A stretch of DNA of 64,000 bases from Balanoglossus misakiensis (Eukaryota; Animalia; Hemichordata), in contig JBECUI020000028.1 of assembly GCA_040954595.2 (NCBI GenBank), positions 186,001 to 250,000 on the forward strand, read 5' to 3'. Shown here piece by piece: positions 12,401 to 27,400 of the stretch (its first letter is position 1; each line of letters begins with the position of its first letter). The notes under the pieces were generated by a model, which was given only the letters and a program-made list of their open reading frames with translations, was not told the DNA's origin and ran no database searches. Made by a program: the position numbers and the translations under genes.

Positions 12401-15400
12401 TGCTGGTAGTATCGATCGATCGACCTGGTAAAAAGATGAGCGGCTAGACGTCCTGCTGCCGTGTCTAACAGCTTTTGACGTGACAAATAATTTGAATAAA
12501 TTACAAGGTCAACATGTGGCCGATTTCATCATGTAAATAAAAAGCACATGGGTCCAAAAGTTTCAGGCACTCTGATATGCATAGTGGTGTCAGAGGTGTT
12601 TCCCACACCAAAACTTAGAAGACAGTCATTTCAATTACGGCCTCCTGCCAAACTCAACACATGCGCACAAAATGGAACTGCAACTTTATTCACAAATCTG
12701 CAGAATTCTAGTGCAAAAAACAGACAAACTCAAAATACACATCTCACAATGGTTCACTCTGAATTACATGTATTTGGACTTTCACTGGGCCATGTCTCTG
12801 CTTGATAGCATCAGGTTTGCAACACATTGTTGCCAAATTTACACATATTGACAAGGTAATCAAAACAACAGGTGTTTTATTACTCAGGGTATCACTAATG
12901 CCAGGGAGGTCCGTCTGCGTCTATTTGGTCACCAGCATGGCACACGTCCTGTAATTATAATTGCTGTTTTGAGTGCGTCTTTACCTAATTTGAATATCCT
13001 GATCAGGTTGTTGGCCTTGCCCTAGTTGTCTCAAAATGTACATTGATACAAACAATTGCAACATATTAGTCAATACCCTGCCAACTTACGCCAAGTGTAC
13101 ATGTTGTTATGGAAGTTTATTTTTAGAACCGCTTGCTTTCTGCATAGGTCACAACACAAAACTTTGAAGCCCGTCAGCTAGCCCTGCATAGCGTATGTAA
13201 AGCTACTGAGACAGGGGAAATATTAGTAAGGTTGACAACTGACTTGCTCGCTATCAAGATTTAGAAGGAATTTATTTGCTTAGTGAGGCCAGGACATAAA
13301 TTGCCCCCAACCAAGCAAAATCCACGTGGGTGGAGCTCATTATCACACATAGACATTGCTACAACTATTGTTCACATCAGGGTGATAATCACCTCCCCAT
13401 TAGCCCTTCTTGCTGTAACACCTGCCCCAAATTGCCGTAATGGAGCACACATTCTTTTGTTTCAAACTACGGGAACCTTTGTAGTTGCCGTAAACTAAGA
13501 CAAAAAACATCAATTAACCAACAAAAGAGGTGTTGCCGTAACATCTCTGCTACAACACTGCTACAACTAGTGCGGGAACTTTCCCGTACAGTTTAGTTGT
13601 TGTACGCTGTTGGGACTGTATTAAACCAGGGATTTACAGTCAACTTTAAATACTCGTGCATATGCATTGAAAACCTATGTCAAAGTGCAGAGCTTGCATC
13701 ACCATCTACTCTGATGCATCATAAAGCTTGCTTCGCCATTTGCCCTAATGCAAAGAATCACATTCAATGTCACCATTGCATTAGCAATGTCAAAGTACAG
13801 TGCTTTTGGACACGTATTAACCCAGGGATTTACAGACAACTTTAAATCCCCCTGTAGGCATTTTATACCCATGTCAAAGTGAAGTGTTTGCATCACTATC
13901 TACCCTGATGCATCATAAAGCTTGCTACGCCATTTACCCTGATGCAAAGAAACAGATTCAATGTCATCATTGCATGAGCAATGTCAAAGTACAGTGCTTT
14001 TGGACACGTATTAACCCACTGATTTTTCAACAACCTGAAATCCCCATATGCATTTAATACCCATGTCAAAGTGAAGTGTTTGCATCACTATCTACCCTGA
14101 TGCATCATAAAGCTTGCTACGCCATTTACCCTGATGCAAAGTATCAGATTCAATGTCATCGTTACATTAGCAATGTCAAAGTACAGTGCTTTTGGACACG
14201 TATTAACCCAGGGATTTATCATCAACTTGAAATCCCCATATGCATTTAATACCCATGTCAAAGTGAAGTGATTGCATCACTATCTACCCTGATGCATCAT
14301 CAACCTTGCTTCGCCATTTGCCCTGATGCAAAGAATCAGATTCAATGTGATCGTTGCATTAGCAATGTCAAATTAGAGTGCTTTTGGCCACGTATTAACC
14401 TATGGATTTACATTTAACATTAAATACCCATGTGAAAGTGCAGAGTTTACATCACCATCTACTCTGATGCATCATTGAGCTTGCTTCGCCATTTGCCCTA
14501 ATGCAAACAAACCCATTCAATGTCACCATTGCATATGCAATATCGAAGTACAGTGCTTTCAGCCACGTATTAACCCACAGATTTTTCAACAACCTGAAAT
14601 CCCCATATGCATTTAATACCCATGTGAAAGTGAAGTGTTTGCATCACTATCTACCCTGATGCATCATAAAGCTTGCTACGCCATTTACCCTGATGCAAAG
14701 AATCAGATTCAATGTCATTGTTACATTAGCAATGTCAAAGTACAGTGCTTTTGGACACGTATTAACCCAGGGATTTATCATCAACTTGAAATCCCCATAT
14801 TCATTTAATACCCATGTCAAAGTGAAGTGATTGCATCACTATCTACCCTGATGCATCATCAACCTTGCTTCGCCATTTGCCCTGATGCAAAGAATCAGAT
14901 TCAATGTGATCGTTGCATTAGCAATGTCAAATTAGAGTGCTTTTGGCCACGTATTAACCTATGGATTTACATTTAACATTAAATACCCATGTGAAAGTGC
15001 AGAGTTTGCATCACCATCTACTCTGATGCATCATTGAGCTTGCTTCGCCATTTGCCCTAATGCAAAGAATCCCATTCAATGTCACCATTGCATATGCAAT
15101 GTCAAAGTACAGTGCTTTCCGCCACGTATTAACCCAGGGATTTACAGACAACTTTAAATCCCCCTGTAGGCATTTTATACCCATGTCAAAGTGCAGAGCT
15201 TGCATCACTATCTACCCTGATGCATCATAAAGCTTACTACGCCATTTACCCTGATGCAAAGAATCAGATTCAATGTCATCATTGCATTAGCAATGTCAAA
15301 GTACAATGCTTTTGGACACGTATTAACCCACAGAATTTTCAACAACCTGAAATCCCCATATACATTTAATACCCATGTCAAAGTGAAGTGTTTGCATCAC

Positions 15401-18400
15401 TATCTACCCTGATGCATCATAAAGCTTGCTACGCCATTTACCCTGATGCAAAGAATCAGATTCAATGTCATCGTTACATTAGCAATGTCAAAGTACAGTG
15501 CTTTTGGACACGTATTAACCCAGGGATTTATCATCAACTTGAAATCCCCATATTCATTTAATACCCATGTCAAAGTGAAGTGATTGCATCACTATCTACC
15601 CTGATGCATCATCAACCTTGCTTCGCCATTTGCCCTGATGCAAAGAATCAGATTTAATGTGATCGTTGCATTAGCAATGTCAAATTAGAGTGCTTTTGGC
15701 CACGTATTAACCTATGGATTTACATTTAACATTAAATACCCATGTCAAAGTGAAGTGATTGCATCACTATCTACCCTGATGCATCATCAACCTTGCTTCG
15801 CCATTTGCCCTGATGCAAAGAATCAGATTCAATGTCATCGTTACATTAGCAATGTCAAAGTACAGTGCTTTTGGACACGTATTAACCCAGGGATTTATCA
15901 TCAACTTGAAATCCCCATATTCATTTAATACCCATGTCAAAGTGAAGTGATTGCATCACTATCTACCCTGATGCATCATCAACCTTGCTTCGCCATTTGC
16001 CCTGATGCAAAGAATCAGATTTAATGTGATCGTTGCATTAGCAATGTCAAATTAGAGTGCTTTTGGCCACGTATTAACCTATGGATTTACATTTAACATT
16101 AAATACCCATGTGAAAGTGCAGAGTTTGCATCACCATCTACTCTGATGCATCATTGAGCTTGCTTCGCCATTTGCCCTTATGCAAAGAATTCCATTCAAT
16201 GTCACCATTGCATATGCAATGTCAAAGTACAGTGCTTTCCGCCTTGTATTAACCCAGGGATTTACAGACAACTTTAAATCCCCCTGTAGGCATTTTATAC
16301 CCATGTCAAAGTGCACAGCTTGCATCACTATCTACCCTGATGCATCATCAACCTTGCTTCGCCATTTACCCTGATGCAAAGAATCAGATTCAATGTCATC
16401 GTTGCATTAGCAATGTCAAAGTACAGTGCTTTTGGACACGTATTCACCCAGGGATTTACAGACAACTTTAAATCCCCCTGTAGGCATTTTATACCCATGT
16501 CAAAGTGAAGTGTTTGCATCACTATCTACCCTGATGCATCATAAAGCTTGCTACGCCATTTACCCTGATGCAAAGAATCAGATTCAATGTCATCATTGCA
16601 TTAGCAATGTCAAAGTACAGTGCTTTTCGACACGTATTAACCCACAGATTTTTCAACAACCTGAAATCCCCATATGCATTTAATACCCATGTCAAAGTGA
16701 AGTGTTTGCATCACTATCTACCCTGATGCATCATAAAGCTTGCTACGCCATTTACCCTGATGCAAAGAATCATATTCAATGTCATCGTTACATTAGCAAT
16801 GTCAAAGTACAGTGCTTTTGGACACGTATTAACCCAGGGATTTATCATCAACTTGAAATCCCCATATGCATTTAATACCCATGTCAAAGTGAAGTGATTG
16901 CATCACTGTCTACCCTGATGCATCATCAACCTTGCTTCGCCATTTGCCCTGATGCAAAGAATCAGATTCAATGTCATCGTTACATTAGCAATGTCAAAGT
17001 ACAGTACTTTTGAACACGTATTAACCCAGGGATTTATCATCAACTTGAAATCCCCATATGCATTTAATACCCATGTCAAAGTGAAGTGATTGCATAACTA
17101 TCTACCCTGATGCATCATAAAGCTTGCTACGCCATTTACCCTGATGCAAAGAATCAGATTCAATGTCATCGTTACATTAGCAATGTCAAAGTACAGTGCT
17201 TTTGCACACGTATTAACCCAGGGATTTATCATCAACTTGAAATCCCCATATGCATTTAATACCAATGTCAAAGTGAAGTGATTGCATCACTATCTACCCT
17301 GATGCATCATCAACCTTGCTTCGCCATTTGCCCAGATGCAAAGAATCAGATTCAATGTCATCGTTGCATTAGCGATGTCAAATTAGAGTGCTTTTGGCCA
17401 CGTATTAACCTATGGATTTACATTTAACATTAAATACCCATGTGAAAGTGCAGAGTTTGCATCACCATCTACTCTGATGCATCATTGAGCTTGCTTCGCC
17501 ATTTGCCCTAATGCAAAGAATCGCATTCAATGTCACCATTGCATATGCAATGTCAAAGTACAGTGCTTTCCGCCACGTATTAACCCAGGGATTTACAGAC
17601 AACCTTAAATCCCCCTGTAGGCATTTTATACCCATGTCAAAGTGCAGAGCTTGCATCACTATCTACCCTGATGCATAATCAACCTTGCTTCGCCATTTAC
17701 CCTGATGCAAAGAATCAGATTCAATGTCATCGCTGCATTAGCATTGTCAAAGTACAGTGTTTTTGGACACTTATTAACCCAGGGATTTACAGACCACTTT
17801 AAATCCCCCTGTAGGCATTTTATACCCATGTCAAAGTGAAGTGTTTGCATCACTATCTACCCTGATGCATCATAAAGCTTGCTACGCCATTTACCCTGAT
17901 GCAAAGAATCAGATTCAATGTCATCATTGCATTAGCAATGTCAAAGTACAGTGCTTTTCGACACGTATTAACCCACAGATTTTTCAACAACCTGAAATCC
18001 CCATATGCATTTAATACCCATGTCAAAGTGAAGTGTTTGCATCACTATCTACACTGATGCATCATAAAGCTTGCTACGCCATTTACCCTGATGCAAAGAA
18101 TCAGATTCAATGTCATCGTTACATTAGCAATGTCAAAGTACAGTGCTTTTGGACACGTATTAACCCAGGGATTTATCATCAACTTGAAATCCCCATATGC
18201 ATTTAATACCCATGTCAAAGTGAAGTGATTGCATCACTATCTACCCTGATGCATCATCAACCTTGCTTCGCCATTTGCCCAGATGCAAAGAATCAGATTC
18301 AATGTCATCGTTGCATTAGCAATGTCAAATTAGAGTGCTTTTGGCCACGTATTAACCTATGGATTTTCATTTAACATTAAATACCCATGTGAAAGTGCAG

Positions 18401-21400
18401 AGTTTGCATCACCATCTACTCTGATGCATCATTGAGCTTGCTTCGCCATTTGCCCTAATGCAAAGAATCCCATTCAATGTCACCATTGCATATGCAATGT
18501 CAAAGTACAGTGCTTTCCGCCACGTATTAACCCAGGGATTTAAAGACAACTTTAAATCCCCCTGTAGGCATTTTATACCCATGTCAAAGTGCAGAGCTTG
18601 CATCACTATCTACCCTGATGCATAATCAACCTTGCTTCGCCATTTACCCTGATGCAAAGAATCAGATTCAATGTCATCGCTGCATTAGCAATGTCAAAGT
18701 ACAGTGTTTTTGGACACGTATTAACCCAGGGATTTACAGACAACTTTAAATCCCCCTGTAGGCATTTTATACCCATGTCAAAGTGAAGTGTTTGCATCAC
18801 TATCTACCCTGATGCGTCATAAAGCTTGCTACGCCATTTACCCTGATGCAAAGAATCAGATTCAATGTCATCATTGCATTAGCAATGTCAAAGTACAGTG
18901 CTTTTGGACACGTATTAACCCACAGATTTTTCAACAACCTGAAATCCCAATATGCATTTAATACCCATGTCAAAGTGAAGTGTTTGCATCACCATCTACC
19001 CTGATGCGTCATAAAGCTTGCTACGCCATTTACCCTGATGCAAAGAATCAGATTCAATGTCATCGTTGCATTAGCAATGTCAAAGTACAGTGCTTTTGGA
19101 CACGTATTAACCCACAGATTTTTCAACAACCTGAAATCCCCATATGCATTTAATACCCATGTCAAAGTGAAGTGTTTGCATCACAATCTACCCTGATGCA
19201 TCATAAAGCTTGCTACGCCATTTACCCTGATGCAAAGAATCAGATTCAATGTCATCGTTGCATTAGCAATGTCAAAGTACAGTGCTTTTGGACACGTATT
19301 AACCCAGTGATTTATCATCAATTTGAAATCCCCATATGCATTTAATACCAATGTCAAAGTGAAGTGATTGCATCACTATCTACCCTGATGCATCATCAAC
19401 CTTGCTTCGCCATTTGCCCAGATGCAAAGAATCAGATTCAATGTCATCGTTGCATTAGCAATGTCAAATTAGAGTGCTTTTGGCCATGTATTAACCTATG
19501 GATTTACATTTAACATTAAATACCCATGTGAAAGTGCATAGTTTGCATCACCATCTACTCTGATGCATCATTGAGCTTGCTTCGCCATTTGCCCTAATGC
19601 AAAGAATCCCATTCAATGTCACCATTGCATATGCAATGTCAAAGTACAGTGCTTTCCGCCACGTATTAACCCAGGGATTTACAGACAACTTTAAATCCCC
19701 CTGTAGGCATTTTATACCCATGTCAAAGTGCAGAGCTTGCATCACTATCTACCCTGATGCATAATCAACCTTGCTTCGCCATTTACCCTGATGCAAAGAA
19801 TCAGATTCAATGTCATCGTTGCATTAGCAATGTCAAAGTACAGTGCTTTTGGACACGTATTAACCCAGGGATTTACAGACAACTTTAAATCCCCCTGTAG
19901 GCATTTTATACCCATGTCAAAGTGAAGTGTTTGCATCACTATCTACCCTGATGCATCATAAAGCTTGCTACGCCATTTACCCTGATGCAAAGAATCAGAT
20001 TCAATGTCATCATTGCATTAGCAATGTCAAAGTACAGTGCTTTTCGACACGTATTAACCCACAGATTTTTAAACAACCTGAAATCCCCATATGCATTTAA
20101 TACCCATGTCAAAGTGAAGTGTTTGCATCACTATCTACCCTGATGCATCATAAAGCTTGCTACGCCATTTACCCTGATGCAAAGAATCAGATTCAATGTC
20201 ATCGTTACATTAGCAATGTCAAAGTACAGTGCTTTTGGACACGTATTAACCCAGGGATTTATCATCAACTTGAAATCCCCATATGCATTTAATACCCATG
20301 TCAAAGTGAAGTGATTGCATCACTATCTACCCTGATGCATCATCAACCTTGCCTCGCCATTTGCCCAGATGCAAAGAATCAGATTCAATGTCATCGTTGC
20401 ATTAGCAATGTCAAATTAGAGTGCTTTTGGCCACGTATTAACCTATGGATTTACATTTAACATTAAATACCCATGTGAAAGTGCAGAGTTTGCATCACCA
20501 TCTACTCTGATGCATCATTGAGCTTGCTTCGCCATTTGCCCAAATGCAAAGAATCCCATTCAATGTCACCATTGCATATGCAATGTCAAAGTACAGTGCT
20601 TTCCGCCACGTATTAACCCAGGGATTTACAGACAACTTTAAATCCCCCTGTAGGCATTTTATACCCATGTCAAAGTGCAGAGCTTGCATCACTATCTACC
20701 CTGATGCATAATCAACCTTGCTTCGCCATTTACCCTGATGCAAAGAATCAGATTCAATGTCATCGCTGCATTAGCAATGTCAAAGTACAGTGTTTTTGGA
20801 CACGTATTAACCCAGGGATTTACAGACAACTTTAAATCTCCCTGTAGGCATTTTATACCCATGTCAAAGTGAAGTGTTTGCATCACTATCTACCCTGATG
20901 CGTCATAAAGCTTGCTACGCCATTTACCCTGATGCAAAGAATCAGATTCAATGTCATCATTGCATTAGCAATGTCAAAGTACAGTGCTTTTGGACACGTA
21001 TTAACCCACAGATTTTTCAACAACCTGAAATCCCCATATGCATTTAATACCCATGTCAAAGTGAAGTGTTTGCATCACTATCTACCCTGATGCGTCATAA
21101 AGCTTGCTACGCCATTTACCCTGATGCAAAGAATCAGATTCAATGTCATCATTGCATTAGCAATGTCAAAGTACAGTGCTTTTGGACACGTATTAACCCA
21201 GGGATTTATCATCAATTTGAAATCCCCATATGCATTTAATACCCATGTCAAAGTGAAGTGATTGCATCACTATCTACCCTGATGCATCATCAACCTTGCT
21301 TCGCCATTTGCCCTGATGCAAAGAATCAGATTCAATGTCATCGTTGCATTAGCAATGTCAAATTAGAGTGCTTTTGGCCACGTATTAACCTATGGATTTA

Positions 21401-24400
21401 CATTTAACATTAAATACCCATGTGAAAGTGCAGAGTTTGCATCACCATCTACTCTGATGCATCATTGAGCTTGCTTCGCCATTTGCCCTTATGCAAAGAA
21501 TTCCATTCAATGTCACCATTGCATATGCAATGTCAAAGTACAGTGCTTTCCGCCTTGTATTAACCCAGGGATTTACAGACAACTTTAAATCCCCCTGTAG
21601 GCATTTTATACCCATGTCAAAGTGCAGAGCTTGCATCACTATCTACCCTGATGCATAATCAACCTTGCTTCGCCATTTACCCTGATGCAAAGAATCAGAT
21701 TCAATGTCATCGCTGCATTAGCAATGTCAAAGTACAGTGTTTTTGGACACGTATTAACCCAGGGATTTACAGACAACTTTAAATCCCCCTGTAGGCATTT
21801 TATACCCATGTCAAAGTGAAGTGTTTGCATCACTATCTACCCTGATGCATAATCAACCTTGCTTCGCCATTTACCCTGATGCAAAGAATCAGATTCAATG
21901 TCATCGCTGCATTAGCAATGTCAAAGTACAGTGTTTTTGGACACGTATTAACCCAGGGATTTACAGACAACTTTAAATCTCCCTGTAGGCATTTTATACC
22001 CATGTCAAAGTGAAGTGTTTGCATCACTATCTACCCTGATGCGTCATAAAGCTTGCTACGCCATTTACCCTGATGCAAAGAATCAGATTCAATGTCATCA
22101 TTGCATTAGCAATGTCAAAGTACAGTGCTTTTGGACACGTATTAACCCACAGATTTTTCAACAACCTGAAATCCCCATATGCATTTAATACCCATGTCAA
22201 AGTGAAGTGTTTGCATCACTATCTACCCTGATGCGTCATAAAGCTTGCTACGCCATTTACCCTGATGCAAAGAATCAGATTCAATGTCATCGTTGCATTA
22301 GCAATGTCAAAGTACAGTGCTTTTGGACACGTATTAACCCAGGGATTTACAGACAACTTTAAATCCCCCTGTAGGCATTTTATACCCATGTCAAAGTGAA
22401 GTGTTTGCATCACTATCTACCCTGATGCATCATAAAGCTTGCTACGCCATTTACCCTGATGCAAAGAATCAGATTCAATGTCATCATTGCATTAGCAATG
22501 TCAAAGTACAGTGCTTTTCGACACGTATTAACCCACAGATTTTTAAACAACCTGAAATCCCCATATGCATTTAATACCCATGTCAAAGTGAAGTGTTTGC
22601 ATCACTATCTACCCTGATGCATCATAAAGCTTGCTACGCCATTTACCCTGATGCAAAGAATCAGATTCAATGTCATCGTTACATTAGCAATGTCAAAGTA
22701 CAGTGCTTTTGGACACGTATTAACCCAGGGATTTATCATCAACTTGAAATCCCCATATGCATTTAATACCCATGTCAAAGTGAAGTGATTGCATCACTAT
22801 CTACCCTGATGCATCATCAACCTTGCTTCGCCATTTGCCCAGATGCAAAGAATCAGATTCAATGTCATCGTTGCATTAGCAATGTCAAATTAGAGTGCTT
22901 TTGGCCACGTATTAACCTATGGATTTACATTTAACATTAAATACCCATGTGAAAGTGCAGAGTTTGCATCACCATCTACTCTGATGCATCATTGAGCTTG
23001 CTTCGCCATTTGCCCAAATGCAAAGAATCCCATTCAATGTCACCATTGCATATGCAATGTCAAAGTACAGTGCTTTCCGCCACGTATTAACCCAGGGATT
23101 TACAGACAACTTTAAATCCCCCTGTAGGCATTTTATACCCATGTCAAAGTGCAGAGCTTGCATCACTATCTACCCTGATGCATAATCAACCTTGCTTCGC
23201 CATTTACCCTGATGCAAAGAATCAGATTCAATGTCATCGCTGCATTAGCAATGTCAAAGTACAGTGTTTTTGGACACGTATTAACCCAGGGATTTACAGA
23301 CAACTTTAAATCTCCCTGTAGGCATTTTATACCCATGTCAAAGTGAAGTGTTTGCATCACTATCTACCCTGATGCGTCATAAAGCTTGCTACGCCATTTA
23401 CCCTGATGCAAAGAATCAGATTCAATGTCATCATTGCATTAGCAATGTCAAAGTACAGTGCTTTTGGACACGTATTAACCCACAGATTTTTCAACAACTT
23501 GAAATCCCCATATGCATTTAATACCCATGTCAAAGTGAAGTGTTTGCATCACTATCTACCCTGATGCGTCATAAAGCTTGCTACGCCATTTACCCTGATG
23601 CAAAGAATCAGATTCAATGTCATCGTTGCATTAGCAATGTCAAAGTACAGTGCTTTTGGACACGTATTAACCCACAGATTTTCCAACAACCTGAAATCCC
23701 CATATGCATTTAATACCCATGTCAAAGTGAAGTGTTTGCATCACTATCTACCCTGATGCATCATAAAGCTTGCTACGCCATTTACCCTGATGCAAAGAAT
23801 CAGATTCAATGTCATCGTTGCATTAGCAATGTCAAAGTACAGTGCTTTTGGACACGTATTAACCCAGGGATTTATCATCAATTTGAAATCCCCATATGCA
23901 TTTAATACCCATGTCAAAGTGAAGTGATTGCATCACTATCTACCCTGATGCATCATCAACCTTGCTTCGCCATTTGCCCTGATGCAAAGAATCAGATTCA
24001 ATGTCATCGTTGCATTAGCAATGTCAAATTAGAGTGCTTTTGGCCACGTATTAACCTATGGATTTACATTTAACATTAAATACCCATGTGAAAGTGCAGA
24101 GTTTGCATCACCATCTACTCTGATGCATCATTGAGCTTGCTTCGCCATTTGCCCTTATGCAAAGAATTCCATTCAATGTCACCATTGCATATGCAATGTC
24201 AAAGTACAGTGCTTTCCGCCTTGTATTAACCCAGGGATTTACAGACAACTTTAAATCCCCCTGTAGGCATTTTATACCCATGTCAAAGTGCAGAGCTTGC
24301 ATCACTATCTACCCTGATGCATAATCAACCTTGCTTCGCCATTTACCCTGATGCAAAGAATCAGATTCAATGTCATCGCTGCATTAGCAATGTCAAAGTA

Positions 24401-27400
24401 CAGTGTTTTTGGACACGTATTAACCCAGGGATTTACAGACAACTTTAAATCCCCCTGTAGGCATTTTATACCCATGTCAAAGTGAAGTGTTTGCATCACT
24501 ATCTACCCTGATGCATAATCAACCTTGCTTCGCCATTTACCCTGATGCAAAGAATCAGATTCAATGTCATCGCTGCATTAGCAATGTCAAAGTACAGTGT
24601 TTTTGGACACGTATTAACCCAGGGATTTACAGACAACTTTAAATCTCCCTGTAGGCATTTTATACCCATGCCAAAGTGAAGTGTTTGCATCACTATCTAC
24701 CCTGATGCGTCATAAAGCTTGCTACACCATTTACCCTGATGCAAAGAATCAGATTCAATGTCATCATTGCATTAGTAATGTCAAAGTACAGTGCTTTTGG
24801 ACACGTATTAACCCACAGATTTTTCAACAACCTGAAATCCCCATATGCATTTAATACCCATGTCAAAGTGAAGTGTTTGCATCACTATCTACCCTGATGC
24901 GTCATAAAGCTTGCTACGCCATTTACCCTGATGCAAAGAATCAGATTCAATGTCATCGTTGCATTAGCAATGTCAAAGTACAGTGTTTTTGGACACGTAT
25001 TAACCCAGGGATTTACAGACAACTTTAAATCCCCCTGTAGGCATTTTATACCCATGTCAAAGTGAAGTGTTTGCATCACTATCTACCCTGATGCATAATC
25101 AACCTTGCTTCGCCATTTACCCTGATGCAAAGAATCAGATTCAATGTCATCGCTGCATTAGCAATGTCAAAGTACAGTGTTTTTGGACACGTATTAACCC
25201 AGGGATTTACAGACAACTTTAAATCTCCCTGTAGGCATTTTATACCCATGCCAAAGTGAAGTGTTTGCATCACTATCTACCCTGATGCGTCATAAAGCTT
25301 GCTACGCCATTTACCCTGATGCAAAGAATCAGATTCAATGTCATCATTGCATTAGTAATGTCAAAGTACAGTGCTTTTGGACACGTATTAACCCACAGAT
25401 TTTTCAACAACCTGAAATCCCCATATGCATTTAATACCCATGTCAAAGTGAAGTGTTTGCATCACTATCTACCCTGATGCGTCATAAAGCTTGCTACGCC
25501 ATTTACCCTGATGCAAAGAATCAGATTCAATGTCATCGTTGCATTAGCAATGTCAAAGTACAGTGCTTTTGGACACGTATTAACCCACAGATTTTTCAAC
25601 AACCTGAAATCCCCATATGCATTTAATACCCATGTCAAAGTGAAGTGTTTGCATCACTATCTACCCTGATGCATCATAAAGCTTGCTACGCCATTTACCC
25701 TGATGCAAAGAATCAGATTCAATGTCATCGTTCCATTAGCAATGTCAAAGTACAGTGCTTTTGGACACGTATTAACCCAGGGATTTATCATCAATTTGAA
25801 ATCCCCATATGCATTTAATACCCATGTCAAAGTGAAGTGATTGCATCACTATCTACCCTGATGCATCATCAACCTTGCTTCGCCATTTGCCCTGATGCAA
25901 AGAATCAGATTCAATGTCATCGTTGCATTAGCAATGTCAAATTAGAGTGCTTTTGGCCACGTATTAACCTATGGATTTACATTTAACATTAAATACCCAT
26001 GTGAAAGTGCAGAGTTTGCATCACCATCTACTCTGATGCATCATTGAGCTTGCTTCGCCATTTGCCCTAATGCAAAGAATCCCATTCAATGTCACCATTG
26101 CATATGCAATGTCAAAGTACAGTGCTTTCCGCCACGTATTAACCCAGGGATTTACAGACAACTTTAAATCCCCCTGTAGGCATTTTATACCCATGTCAAA
26201 GTGCAGAGCTTGCATCACTATCTACCCTGATGCATCATCAACCTTGCTTCGCCATTTACCCTGATGCAAAGAATCAGATTCAATGTCATCGTTGCATTAG
26301 CAATGTCAAAGTACAGTGCTTTTGGACACGTATTAACCCAGGGATTTACAGACAACTTTAAATCCCCCTGTAGGCATTTTATACCCATGTCAAAGTGAAG
26401 TGTTTGCATCACTATCTACCCTGATGCATCATAAAGCTTGCTACGCCATTTACCCTGATGCAAAGAATCAGATTCAATGTCATCATTGCATTAGCAATGT
26501 CAAAGTACAGTGCTTTTCGACACGTATTAACCCACAGATTTTTCAACAACCTGAAATCCCCATATGCATTTAATACCCATGTCAAAGTGAAGTGTTTGCA
26601 TCACTATCTACCCTGATGCATCATAAAGCTTGCTACGCCATTTACCCTGATGCAAAGAATCAGATTCAATGTCATCGTTACATTAGCAATGTCAAAGTAC
26701 AGTGCTTTTGGACACGTATTAACCCAGGGATTTATCATCAACTTGAAATCCCCATATGCATTTAATACCCATGTCAAAGTGAAGTGATTGCATCACTATC
26801 TATCCTGATGCATCATCAACCTTGCTTCGCCATTTGCCCTGATGCAAAGAATCAGATTCAATGTCATCGTTGCATTAGCAATGTCAAATTAGAGTGCTTT
26901 TGGCCACGTATTAACCTATGGATTTACATTTAACATTAAATACCCATGTGAAAGTGCAGAGTTTGCATCACCATCTACTCTGATGCATCATTGAGCTTGC
27001 TTCGCCATTTGCCCTAATGCAAAGAATCCCATTCAATGTCACCATTGCATATGCAATGTCAAAGTACAGTGCTTTCCGCCACGTATTAACCCAGGGATTT
27101 ACAGACAACTTTAAATCCCCCAGTAGGCATTTTATACCCATGTCAAAGTGCAGAGCTTGCATCACTATCTACCCTGATGCATCATCAACCTTGCTTCGCC
27201 ATTTACCCTGATGCAAAGAATCAGATTCAATGTCATCGTTGCATTAGCAATGTCAAAGTACAGTGCTTTTGGACACGTATTAACCCAGGGATTTACAGAC
27301 AACTTTAAATCCCCCTGTAGGCATTTTACACCCATGTCAAAGTGAAGTGTTTGCATCACTATCTACCCTGATGCATCATAAAGCTTGCTACGCCATTTAC

